This document shows positions 30,810 to 45,529 of a DNA stretch of 64,000 nt, piece after piece (within the stretch, counting starts at the first letter, position 1; every line of letters starts with the position of its first letter). The position numbers and the translations under genes are program-made. The DNA is taken from assembly GCF_009914755.1 (NCBI RefSeq), contig NC_060926.1. One strand, written 5' to 3'. The notes beneath the pieces are model-generated. The model was not told where the DNA came from and did not search any database. It saw only the letters and a program-made list of their open reading frames with translations. Source of the stretch: the human T2T-CHM13v2.0 reference genome, Homo sapiens.

Positions 30810-31240
30810 ATTTAGTCATTTGTTCATTCATTTAACAAACACTTGGCAAGGGCCTACTATGTGCTAAGTGGTACAGATTATGCCATTGGTACATTATTAT
30901 GTCAAGTGGTACAGATTAAGCAATGTACAAGACAGACTCCATCCTGCTCTGGGGTTCACATGCAGGCAAAACAGACCATAACAAGTAATCAATACAGGAA
31001 TTAAATATTGTACAACTACTGTTTAGGATGTGATGAGGGAAGAGCAGAAACCTACTTTAGAGAAGGTGGTTGGAGAGGGGCACTTTGTACCAGTTTCCTT
31101 TAACTTAAGTCTTGACGGATGAGGAGCCAGCCTCATGAGGCCCCTGGGGGAGAGAGTCCCAGGCCAAGAAGATCTCAAAGCAGGAGAAAACTTATCCTGT
31201 GGAGGAGTAAGAGAAGCCAATATGACCCAGCAGTGGTAGA
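30810..31240 (-). mobile_element. L2 3' fragment
   Basis: TCATTCATTTAACAAACACTT..GCCTACTATGTGCTAAG.. pattern. Confidence 0.6.
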
Positions 31241-31506
31241 AATGACTTTCTTCTAGAAGCTTCCAGGAGACCACAGGCTCCTGAGTTACTTCACACAGGA
31301 CCCCTTCTCAGTCTCCTTTTGTGATTGCAGAGAGTGTAGCCCCTTTGGGAGACCTGAGTTCAGTGTTGCCTCAACCATCAACTCACCCTGAGATCATGGA
31401 TTGTTACTTCACTGATTAAGACTTGGGTTCTCTCATATATAATAAGCAGAGGTTGGATGAGGTGCCCTCAACTCTGTATACTATGATGCTATTAACATTA
31501 ATTACT

Positions 31507-31614
31507 ATGATCACTTCAGCAGCACATATACTAAAAGTTGGAATGATACAGAGAAGATTAACAGGGCCCCTCAGCAAGGATGACATGTCAATTCATGGAG
31601 CATTCCATTTTTTT
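31507..31614 (+). pseudogene. Full-length U6 snRNA retrocopy (5' part of a chimera)
   Basis: CAGCACATATACTAAAA..GATACAGAGAAGATTA..GGCCCC..GCAAGGATGACA..TTCCATTTTTTT aligns end to end with U6, with many CpG-type changes. Confidence 0.95.
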
Positions 31615-34600
31615 AATGGCAGCCAATATATCTGGGACATTTGAAGAAGCCAACATGGTCTCCCGGCCCAAAGAAAACATTAATTACTAAAGGATCACTG
31701 AATCTCAACAGGCATCATTCATTCATTCATTCATTCATTCAAAACAAATGTTGTATTCCGAACATTTAAAGAAATGAATGAATGAATGAATGAATTTTTT
31801 TTTCAAAAAAAAAATTTTTGAGCAGTTAAGCTGCCAGATACTGTTCCAGACTCTGGGCCACACAAAGGCAGAGCATCCACTCAGAGTGAAGATGAGGCTG
31901 ATAAAATAAAAATATATAGTCTAAATGCAGGCAGGGTATAAAGTTGTGTGAAGAAAAACAGAAATAGGATATGAGGAGAGAGTGATGAGAGGCATGCCGT
32001 GTTAAGTGAGGTGGTCAGAGAAGGCCTTTCAGAGGAGGTGTTTGTGTACAGGACTGACTTTACTTATAATTTACTTATAACTCCTATTTAAATTGTTTAT
32101 GGTGAGTTTAGAATGTTTGAAATGTACCATCATCCTTTCTGGTTGATTTCTGTGTTCATATGGAAACCAGTATTTCTCAGAAGTCTAAATTCTCCAGCAA
32201 GCAAGCCTTCTGAGAAGATAGCTAAATTTTAAAAAGTACAAAGCCATCTTTGAATTGGTCTTTTCATCTTTAAAACAAAACATGTCCTCTAATTCAAATC
32301 TGGTAAGACATTTCATCAAACACGGATTCTGTAAAGACTTCCATTGTCAGCATTGCTGAACCTCAGCCTTACAGTGGAAAGTGGACATTACACAGAGTAG
32401 GGATGTGCCTGTTTGCCCCGAAGGCAGATTCTGACAGGCTCCAGCCAAGACTTTCTCATTAAAAAGGGTCATGGGGAGGTTATGTGAAGGTTTGAGAGGT
32501 GTTGATGGTGTGATCAACCACCCCTCCTAATGGAGCAGAGTTAATCACTCACTGGCCAAGTGGAAAATCAATGGCTCCCTGCTTTCTCTCCTACACTTTG
32601 CCCGTGCTCGGCCAGCCTGCTCCCCTGCTCCCTGCAGTGAACTGGCGTCAGGCAGAGGACTCCAGGATTCTTCTCCCCTCCTACTCAAAGACTGGCTGTT
32701 TAGAAGGAGAGTCATCTAACCCCAGGGCATGAGAGCATGTTCTTTCTACCTGGGAGAAACCTTATAATGAAGCCTTATTGCCAAAGAGGAGGAGGAAGCA
32801 GAAAAGAGGACGTGTTGGGGGAAACACAAGTTGGGGCATTGGGGGAAACACAAGTTGGGGCATTGGGGGAAAGACAGTCTTTCTGAGGAAAGACATCTTG
32901 CAACCAAAATGCAAAGGAAACAATGTCCATAGATGATGGGCTGGAAGCTTTTCCAATTCAGTGTCATGTGAGTTTTTAGAACCTTTTCATTAAGGAGATG
33001 GTGAGTTGCCTGTTTGTGGTTGAGCTCTAAATGTAAATGTCTTCATGTTTACCCTAAATAAGGCCTTCCATGGAACTGACTAGACCAGAGGTCCCCAGGC
33101 AGAAGGGCCCAAAGAGTCAGGTTGCCAGTGTTCTGGACTGGAACTTACAACGTTAAGTTCTCACCTTGGGCCTGACTAGAAGTACAGCTGAACCCTTTGG
33201 TTGGCAGAAGGGTGTTACCAGCAGGAAGAATTATGCATTAAGGCCAAAAGAATTGTTCTTTCAGTGAGTCTGGCTGAGTGGTGTTCATCCCAGAGGTATG
33301 ACAGCCACCACCTGTGCTTCCAGGCTTGGATACTCTGTCACATAAGGAAGAAGGTTGAGAAATTTCCTAGGAGAGAGGTTAAATCTTAAAGTTGGAACCA
33401 GTATTATGATACAGTGAGATGTGAGACTGTGGTTCTCAGTGGTAGTGATGGTGCACCACTGGGATGGAGGGGTGAGTGGGGGCTGGAAGCACGGAGGGAA
33501 GCAGTTCAGTCATGACGGTCTTGATTCTGACTTCCAGCTGGATGTCTCGTTTTCAGTTTTGAAGGAGAAGCAATAACCAGAAAAAAGGGAGGGAGCAATG
33601 AGGAGTAAGTGGGGGTATTGTTACAAACACAGCCAGTTTGAGGGTGTTTAAGAAGATAGTGCACTCATTCTCTAGACTTTGGACTTAGTTTGCCACACAT
33701 TGTTGGAAGCCACCCTGCTGACGGTCACCGTGTTGGCAGTTGTTTGGAAAGAGTATGAAATTGGCTTTTCCAGTGTGGATAGCAATAGCCTGTGATATCA
33801 AACTGAGAATGGAAACATATGTTGTGTGAAAAAATGGAAGAGTCCATTTGGCTGTTCCCCCAGATTAGCAGATACACATCCAGGGCACCCTCACTGAAAA
33901 CTGGCATTGTCTGCTTTAAGTGAATTTTCTTCCCTGCATCCTGTGATTATGGCTCCCATAACTTTGTTAGCCTTCATATTGAGTTTTTATGCTCGTGCAT
34001 TTCCTCAGCTCTCCATTTCCTTCCAAGCATCTTAACTGGTAATTCAGTTTGCTCATGGACTGCTTCGTAGCAAAGCATTTCACCATGAAATGGTGCTTCC
34101 CCCTACGTGTGTGCAGTTGTTCTAGCGTGAGGAAATAGAACCAGCAATATCAGCCTTTGGAGACAAAGAACTCAGACCTGAGGGTTTGGAGACAATCATC
34201 TGCTGTTCTTACCACCATTTGGTTCAATGTTAATTTACCTGCCACTGTAAGTAAAGTGGGGAGATTTGGTCTTTTTTAAAGAGAACCAAATTCAGACAAA
34301 CAGAAAGCCTGTGACCCGTGGGCTTTCTCAACCAAAGACCCTTAGAACAAGTGCACAAGTGCGTTAGGGCTTGAGCAGGAGTCACTTGAGCCTGCCTCAT
34401 AAATCCAGGTTTCCTTCCTGCAGTCCAGCTAACTGTTCATGGGACAGGAGCTCAGTGACTGTCATTCTGAACCTGGACAGATGAGGTTGCTGCTGCCTGG
34501 CTTCTTGGAGTCTTTAATCTCTCCAGAAATAAATCTTACTTATTTTTTTTTTGAGTGATCACCACTTAGATCTTTTCTGAATTCTATTAAGAACAAAAAC

Positions 34601-35594
34601 CTGTGACAGACCCACTGAGGTGACTTCTGGCTCTAACAGCTCACTACATAGGGAGGTTCTCAAACCTCAAAAGCTGTCTTTTTACAGGAGCTTAACATGA
34701 AATGACCCAACTCTGACCAAATGTGTAAGGAGAGTGGGCAGTTGCCTGAAAAATTAGGTGTTCGATGTTAATGATGTTGAGCCTAAAATCAGACTCTTGG
34801 TCAGCAAAATGGCAGACCTGACCTCACCTCATCAGGAGACTTCCTCATAAACAGACACTGCCATAGAAGGACAGGTGAGTGAGGTGCATTCACATTTTCT
34901 CTTGTCTCAGGGTAAGTCAAGAATAGATACTCTCTGAGGCTAGATCTCTACCCCAAGATATACTGAGACTGAATCTCACTTTAATATCTATGCTTTTTTC
35001 AACTAAACTTTTTCCCCACAAATTGTGAGACATATTAGAAAAATCCAAATAGTCTACAGAGTTGTTTTTGTTTTGTTAAGGGTTGGGGTTTTTTATGATG
35101 GTGGCAGTTGGAGAAGACAGGTAAAAACATTTGTTTTTATGATTATCATTTTTAAGACAAATGCTTTCTCAATCTTTATGGTGAAACACAAGTTTACCTG
35201 GGTACCACTAGAATGACCAGAGTTTTAAGAAAAGTCTGGACAGATATTCCTTATGCCACCCTCACAAATTTTCCCATTTGTTAGGCACACTCATAGAATA
35301 CAAGTGATAGAACTGATTTTGTAAAATATATGTGAAGTAAGGAAATTGGCCTAGGTAAGTTGGGAAATTTTCCCAGTTAAACTTTTTGAAACCACCAGGA
35401 ATCAGGATATATACATTACAATGTCTTGAGAAAATTACGTAAGTTTATAATTTAGATTTAAACCATATCCCCTTCTTGTTACATCTATGGAGAGAAAAAT
35501 AAGAGTGACTTTCTGGAGTAATTTGAAAATAGCCAGGATCCTTTGAAGGTAAAGACTATTGCTGTCCTTGAATTATTGCCAGGCATACTCCATA

Positions 35595-35824
35595 CAAATT
35601 GAGTATCCCTTATTCAAAATGTTTGGGACCAGAAGTGTTTTGGTTTTCAAATTTTTTTGGATTTCAGATTTTTTCAGATTTCAGGATATTTGCATTTAGC
35701 ATTCCTAATCTGAAAATCTAAAATGTGAAGAACTCCCATGAGTATTTCCTTTAAATGTCATGTCAACATTCAAAAGATGTTGGAGTTTGGATTACAGATT
35801 TTCAGATTAGGGATGTTCAACCTA
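35595..35824. mobile_element. Tigger4a/MER46-like MITE
   Basis: TA-flanked TIRs CAAATTGAGTATCCCT..AGGGATGTTCAACCT; about 230 bp. Confidence 0.8.
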
Positions 35825-36853
35825 TATTTCTTTATAATATGCGCTGTAGATAGGCTGCTGTTCACAATGTTGATTTCTAACATCTAAATGGCTCCTGTGC
35901 AGGTACACATATAAGTGATGGTTTGGATAAAGGCAGCAGCTGCTTATTATCAATACACCATGCTGAGAAGCTCTAGCTTGCTGTTGCTAAAGCCAACAGT
36001 GCTGGGGGAAATGGCAGCTCATCCTGGATGCTAACATCAGGAATGGTTTATATTGGAAATGGCACCATTCCTGAGAGAACATTTACACCGTGTACGAAAT
36101 TCTACCCTTTAACACTGCCTCAATTAGAGAGTTGCATTGCCTTTTAAAAATGTGAATAGGAAGAAATAAGAACTTGAAGTATTCTAGGTCTTCGTTTTAG
36201 GCTGGTTGTTAAGTAATGTATAACTGGTTTATTTCTAATTGAAGAAAAGTTACCCATTCTGAGGACATCACCTAGACTATCCTTTTACTCTAATCACCTG
36301 CTGTTGAACATTGAGCTTTGGGAGGCCTAAGGAAATACTGAAACTGTATGTTCCTGATAAAAAGATCTCTATTTAGATTATGTAGCCCATTCAGGAAAAA
36401 CAACCAAATAATAGAACCAAAAAGGGTGAAAACCAAGAGCGTTGTTGCTAAGGACGAGGGATGATCAGAAAGTCCTTCGGTTGTAGCTGAAACTATATGT
36501 TAAAATGACGATGAATTTAAATTTTATTAAATATGTTATGAAATATTTCAAACATATTAAGGCTAAAATAAAGGGAAGAGAGCATGGTGAATTCTTGTTT
36601 TAAAGTGTTAAGAGCGTAGATTTATTTGTATAGGTTCACTTTCTTTCAGTATTCAAATCCACCTTCAAGGGACATGTGAGACCCACTTGTAGGGCTGTTC
36701 CCATGGCGAAATGACAAAGATCTCAAGTCCCTGGTAATAATTGCTTTGAATCAATGTATAAATTACAGGCCATCATGCTTTTTTTTCAGTATAGTGTGTA
36801 GGATTATAATGCCAGTGATTATAATGTCTATTTCATGTGTCTCCATGTGTTTT

Positions 36854-38128
36854 ATTTTCTTAACTGCACCCGCATTGTACACAGTGGAAATTTTCTTGAT
36901 GGCAGCAATGGTATTCAACAAGGGAAGACTCTCAGGTCCTTCCTTCTTCATGGGTCTTGGATGGGACCTGTATAGAGAGAAAGGAAGGTTCTCAATGTGT
37001 TGGGGTGGAATTGGGGCAAGAATTCCTCAGTGACCGAGGGCCTCACTCTCCCTCTCATACTTTTGCTGGGGTGAGTGCTCCAGGACTCTTACACCTCAGA
37101 GGTCACACAGACCATAAGATAGATCCCCCCAGTCAATTCCTATGGCCAGATTTATGGTCATACCAAAAAAACAGCTTGATTAAGTGATCATTGAGAGCAA
37201 TACCCTCCCCAGATCAAAAATGGGATAGTGGTTGTCACAAAGGCAACCAACTGGTCCTGAATGTAGCCCGGGATGCTCTTCCAGGGGCCCTTGATGCTTG
37301 CTTCATTGCCTCCTTGATGTCATTATATTTGGCACCTTTCTCCAGATGGCAAATCTCATTCTCAACACACTTTCCACACCAGCGGTGGGGACTTGGAAAG
37401 CCAAATCAGTGAACTCTCCGTTCAACTCAGGGATTGTCTTGCACACAGTTTTGGCAGGGCCAGGGATTGAGAGATAATGACCACTGACATGACACTACAG
37501 CTTGCTGGAGGAGTAATCATGATCTGTGGGGAGCAGTGATGGCGTGGACTGTGGTCTGAGATTCCTCCACGTTAGCACAGTCATCATCGATGACTTCTGC
37601 CAGGAGAGTCAAGCACTTGGTATGCAGGTGACATTGCTGACAATTTCGAAGGAGTTGTCATCTTCACAGTTCTCTCCCATTCTGAGCACAGCAGCATTGG
37701 CGCAGGTGATAGGAATAATAACCCTTTGCTTCCACCTTTCAAGTGATTGCTAGCCTTGTCTAAGACGGTAAAGAGTGCAGTGGGCTCTATGATGTATTCA
37801 ACATCATGTTACCCCATTTGATGTTGGGGGGATCTTGAACTTGGAAAATGAAGGTAGGATTTCAATTGACTGCACTTACTGTTCTCAGCCTTGATGATGC
37901 CGTTGAACTTGCCATGGGTAGAATCATTTCTGGACACGTAGTCCCTATTGCTGAGGTCAAGGAAGGAGTCACTGATGGCCACAGTATCCACTTTGGAAGC
38001 AGCCTGGTAACTAGGCACCCAATATAGACAAGCCCATTTAATCCAGCTTTTACAGTCATGACAAGGTGAGGAGGCTGGCACTGCAAAAAAGGTGAGGCTT
38101 CTATTTAGTGGAGAGGAACTGAGAGAGC
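36854..38128 (-). pseudogene. Old, near full-length processed GAPDH pseudogene with frameshifts and stops
   Basis: The minus strand gives a GCTCTCT 5' end, MTVKAGLNGLVYIGCLVTR, DSTHGKFNGIIKAEN, IVSNVTC, GCCAAATATAATGACATCAAG, a stop TAA at 37089-37091 and a GAPDH-like 3'UTR. It is intronless, with a degenerate TSD TCCATGTGTTTT (36842-36853) / TGCATGGGTTTT (38129-38140). Confidence 0.93.
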
Positions 38129-38605
38129 TGCATGGGTTTTAAATACGAAAATGAAAGCAATACATTTTAGGCCAAGTCCAGGAAGCAAGCAAGGTTGGAT
38201 TGCAAGGCTTACAAGTTGTTCAAAGCCATTTGGTTCCTGAATTTCAGATAGCAAGTAACATGAGTTTTGATAGCAAAGAATTTATACAAAAGTTTATCTA
38301 AATACATTCAGCTTCAGATTCCAGAGAGCAAAAATTTGGATAGTGAGAGATATTCATATTTACTGCTTGCTTACAGGCACCCACACATGCATGCATTCTC
38401 TCAGTCATTCATTTAGGACCTCGGCTTATTGCAAGAGCTGGGAGATTAAACAACCATCATCTAAACTAGAGATAATCGTATGAAGGTGAGTGGATATATG
38501 TAACTGCATAATTGTAAAAGAACAACTATGATTCCCAAAGTGCCCAGTATGTGAGATGAGCTTGTTTTGGTTTAGTTTAAATATGTACATCTTGGATGGA
38601 ATATA

Positions 38606-39969
<1,364 letters not shown>

Positions 39970-40073
39970 TATATTACAAAACATAACTAACGATCAGATC
40001 ATTATCTCACAAGTGTTTCACTAAAAGGAAGTAAGCCAATTTAAAGACCAGTGTTAAAGAAATAATAACATGG

Positions 40074-40113
40074 CTTAGAACTTAAAGTATAATAAATATA
40101 TATATATTAAAAA
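40074..40113 (+). mobile_element. Extremely 5'-truncated L1PA (last ~23 nt plus tail)
   Basis: TAGAACTTAAAGTATAATAA, the L1PA terminus, lies between 18-bp TSDs with 1 mismatch. Confidence 0.8.
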
Positions 40114-42964
40114 AAAGAAATAATCACATGGGTGGACCATGAGTGTGGCAGAATCTGGAAGGTGGTTTGTGACTGTGTTTGAAAAAGACTTGGGCAGAGT
40201 GATCTGGGAGCACAGAGAAAACCTCCAACCCCAGCTTGGTAGGAGACCCACAGAAAGTGTCCCAGTGTAGGTCCACTCATATTCCACTTAAACTATTCTG
40301 ACTCCATCTTGAAAATTTTAAAGAACTAGTCATTAATAAAGAGGAATGATAATGCTTGGTGATTTAGTGAAGATGATTGGTATAGAATTCAGCTGTTAGC
40401 GCAAATGGCTTGGTTTGATTTTCCTGAGTTTGTTAGAGTTTTAACCTATGAAAAAGTCCTGGTGCAGGTTTTACTGTTTTGGATGCAAGCAGAAGAAGAA
40501 AGAGTCTTTGGTTAGTAATCAATCGGTCAAAACTGAAGAGGGACTTCTCTCCAGATTGGATATTCTGAGACTATCTTTAAGATTTGTGGTATCACATTTA
40601 GAGACAGGAATCGTTCATGGTTTTAATCAGATGAGAAAGTTGGACCTGGCATGTGACTAACATGTATTGCATTGTTGCCATCAGGGGTTTGTAAAGCTAA
40701 AGGTTTTGATCTTTTAATATTATTTCTTAGTCTTTTCATGGTCAGTAGGACTGACAATTAAAATTTATAGCAATGTGAGGGAGGAATCTAGTAGAAAAGG
40801 GTTTTCTTAGCAATGCTTCTGTTGCTATCAGAAGTAAATTTTTGTTATTTGTTTTTGCATGAAAAATTGAAACATCACACAAGGTCTGTTTGCAAAGCAT
40901 GTCTCCTGCCCACTCCAGATCTCAGTTCTAATCCCCTTGTGAATCTACCATGCAGTTTCCCATGTACCTATATGCGCTGGTATGTAAATACCTTTTCAAA
41001 ATATAAATGGAAGGAAAATATACTCTTCAGCCTCTTGCTTTCTCATTTAACAGTATATCTCATAATTTTTTAACAGTTACATAATTTATTTAACCGTGTC
41101 CTGTCATGAACATTTAGCTTTGCTCTCAGATTTTGACCGTGGTTGACTGACTGTTCATTTGTTTGAAGGAGGGTGAGCTTATGCATGATTTTCATGTTTG
41201 AGTGTGCTCTACATTTCCTAGGACTGAAGACACTCGTTCCCTCAGTGGGAGTCATTTGGATGTGATGTCCATCTAATGGCAAGTAAAGGACACTGATCCT
41301 AGCTTTCTGCACTATTCATTGGTGGGATGGTAGGGATAAGCAATTTTCTCATCAGATGTGATATCGTAATCTCTCAGCCCCAAGGACACTCAGCGTCCTC
41401 TATTGAGCTCCGGATGGATCTAAAGAATTAAGATAATAGAGTTTGGGTTTTTAAAGCATAGATAACTATTCTCATGTATTATACATATGCCCTCAATTCA
41501 CTTAGATTCGGTAGTGAGTTTGTGAGATGCTAGACGGCGTGGTGTGGTGAAACAATGATAAAATTTGGAATCAGAAAACCAAATTCAAGTCCAGCTTCTC
41601 TACACTGGCATCATTATTGTTGACAAGATACTCACCTTGTCTATGCATCAATTTCCTTATCTGTAAAATAAGGATGATGTGGACATTGAAATAGATAATG
41701 TCTGTGAAAGTATACACTAAAAACAATCATTGCACAAATGTCAGTTATTATTTAACCCAACTCCTTTCTTATAATGAAAGGGAGGCTCAAGAGGTGGAAA
41801 GTGGCTTTCCTAGGCATATACATACATCTGTGATTTAACAATCTTTGTACCTTTAGTGTTTGTCTTCAAAAATTTCAAAAGCAGAGCTGAGCTTTAAAAA
41901 GAGGGAACATTGGAAAGAATGAGAAAATGTTGTAACTTAATTTTTCTCATCTACTCTTTGTGCTTTAGTTATTTCATCTCTATTTTTACAAAACTTGAAA
42001 TATATAAATGTCAGTTTGCTGATTATCTTCTATGATTTATGGTGCTTGCTTTGTTTTGGTGGTTTAGACATGAGTAGCACTGTACTAGTTTGAAATTAAA
42101 ATTGCTTCTCCCAGCGTTACACACACACACATCACATCCAGCAAAAAAAGCAAAAAAGCTCTGAATTTAAAAAATAAAAATAATGCCAGAAGTATGAGTG
42201 GCTATTCACCAGTTGGAAATAGCTTTTCACACTGGATGGTAAACAGTAGCCTTTAGAGTGTTTCCAAATAACCATCACCAAGAATTGCTTTTAATTCACT
42301 CCCAGACGCTAAATAGGAGACCACAGAGCACTTTGTATTCCAAGGAGAAAAAAAAAAGACTGAACATTGAATAGACAAAAACACAATCTAGTGCAGTCAA
42401 TCTCTTTTTTGTAAGACTGTTGATTTGAGAAGCTTCCATGATGACCCAACATAAAGAAGAGGTGAATGTTTGGGGTGATGGGTGTCCCAGTTGTCCTGGT
42501 TTGATCATTACACATTGTATGCATGTGTCAGAATATCACATGTCCCCCCAAAAGATGTATAACTATTATGTATTAACAAAAAAAAATCAGTATAATTGTT
42601 ATGACATATAATGATATACTAATTTTGATAAGAGCAATATTTTAGGCATTAATAAATATAATGTAGCTTTTAAAGAAAGCCTCCAAAGCTAAAAATTGTT
42701 CTGAAAATGAATCCTGTGTACTTATGGTTGTGAGTAGTGGATTTTCAGCAGCTCTCTGGTATGTACTCACTTCAGTGCCCTGTGGACGGGCAGAATTGAA
42801 CAGGATTTTTGAAGAAAAGACTATTAATAGTTCTAATAGTTTGCTTCTTCTTCTATTCTGAAATCAATATGTGAAGGCATTGCAATAACATTTTGGAACA
42901 AGAGACTTCAAGAACACATAGAAAAGGTACACCAGGACTTATCTTGATGTCTCATTTCTCTTTC

Positions 42965-43470
42965 TTTTTAAAATTGAGATATAATCCACATATGATAATA
43001 GTCAACCTTTTAAAGTATACAATTCAGCATATTCACAGAGTTGTGTAACCATCACCACTATCTCACTTCAGAACATTTTTACCCCCTGAAAAGGAACCCC
43101 AATATCCATTAGCACACACTACCGTAGGCAGTGGGGCTAATTTACTTTCTATCTCTATGGATTTGCCTCTTCTGAACATTTCATGTAAATGGAATCATAC
43201 AATGTGTGTCCTTCGTGTTTGACTTCTGATTTCACTCAGCATTACTGTGTTCACCAGTACTTTCTTTCTTTCTATGGCCAAATAATATTCCATTGTAAAT
43301 ATATAGCACAGTTTGTTTATCTGCCTATCAGTCGATGGACATTTGGGTTGTTTAAACTTTTTGGAAACTGAGAAGAATGAGGCTACCAAATGCTAACAAC
43401 ATTTACATACAAGTTCCAGTGAGGACACATGCTTTCCATTCTCTTAGGGATACACCTAGGAGTGGAATGG
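42965..43470 (-). mobile_element. Old L1M fragment
   Basis: TGAGATATAAT..AATGGAATCATACAA..GATGGACATTTGGGTTGTTT..TACACCTAGGAGTGGAAT. Confidence 0.8.
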
Positions 43471-44914
43471 ATGAGTGTCTGGTGTCTGTTTATCCAAGTC
43501 ATCTTACTGGTAAGCTGAGAAAAAAAGGGAATGAGATGCATTTGGATAAATTAAGAAACAGGATAGGTACGTACTGGTAGAGAGGCTGTGGTCTTTGGGT
43601 TACAGCTCATTGTTCTCTTGCCTCCAACAGTCAATGACATAACCAGTTCCTGACTTTTTGGAAACAAACCCGTAGATAGACTGTAAATCCCAGCAGTTTG
43701 CAGTGTTTCTACCCCATGAGACATGAGGAATAATCATATGCTCCTGTTAGTTAACAGCACATCACTTTTGCTATTTCTCCATGGTGGAGGGGGCTATGAG
43801 TGTAGCCAAGGGAAGGAAAAAAGATATTGGGATCTTTCAATTTTTTTTAATATGGTGGGTGTAATTTGAAAAGAGCCTCTTGGTGCTCCGTTCATCCTGC
43901 AGAGGACTTAGGTTTTATTATGATCATATGGAGCCTTTGCTCTTTTCAGATGAGGGTATTTTGCGGGGATGAAGACAAACAGGGGCAGCTCCGTAGTGTA
44001 TACAAAAATGTAAACAAAAGTGTAAAACAGTTCATCATGTCCTGTTTTCCTTCAGGGAATGGAAGATGTTAACAGAGAGAAAAGTTTGAAGGCAGACATT
44101 CAGAAGAAGCTAGGAGGAGAAGCGTCTTATATTAATGTGGGCCAAAAATGGAAGTGTGGCTTGGCTTTTTAAAATCCTGTGGCTGGTTTACTAGTAATAA
44201 TGTTATTTCAAAATATTTTGTTTTCAAAATTATTTAGGTGTTATTTATGCTAGTGTAAAGAATAAAGTCTGGCTAATTGGAAATGTGTTAGACATGGTAC
44301 ACACTGTCATTTTTTACTGTAATAACCAGAAAGGGCCACTACACTAAGAGAAAAAGTGCCGTTTTCTCTGCCGTCCCCATATGAGCCCAGCCATCCAGAA
44401 CAGAGCCCATGCTGGAAGCTTTTCCACACTGTAAGGACAAGTTTCATATTGACCGCATTGGTTCCCTGGAAAACCTTTTGTCTGCCTGGGGTGAATGGTC
44501 GACTATCCAGAGAACCAGATTTTCTTTCTATCTATATATTACATTTATCCTGCATTCAGAGCAGAAGAAGAAAATAGGCTAATTCCCCTTCGTGAAAACC
44601 TACGGGACCTCCATGCCATCCTTCAATACCATGTGGGGGCCCCTAGCCAGTTTACTAAGGTGTTAATGGTCTGTAATTACTTCCCGTGTTGCCTCCTTAT
44701 GGGTTTTTGCTTTCATGCACAGGACTTTAGGGCCTCAACCCAAAGAAGTATGATGGATGATGGAACTTAATTGGGTCCTTTTTGGAAAGTGGCCTCTTCA
44801 ACAATACAGAGAAAAGCCCTCCACTTAGGGCAAGCCACACGTTGAGTTAATCGTTATACTCTTTAACTGATAATTAAATGAAGAAATAGTTCTCTGCTGC
44901 CACAGTAATTTTTA

Positions 44915-45525
<611 letters not shown>

Positions 45526-45529
45526 TCTA

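Noticed and set aside
35362-35374. Palindromic GGGAAATTTTCCC as an NF-kB site
   Set aside because: The spacing is longer than the canonical 10-11 bp kB site, and such motifs are expected by chance in 64 kb.
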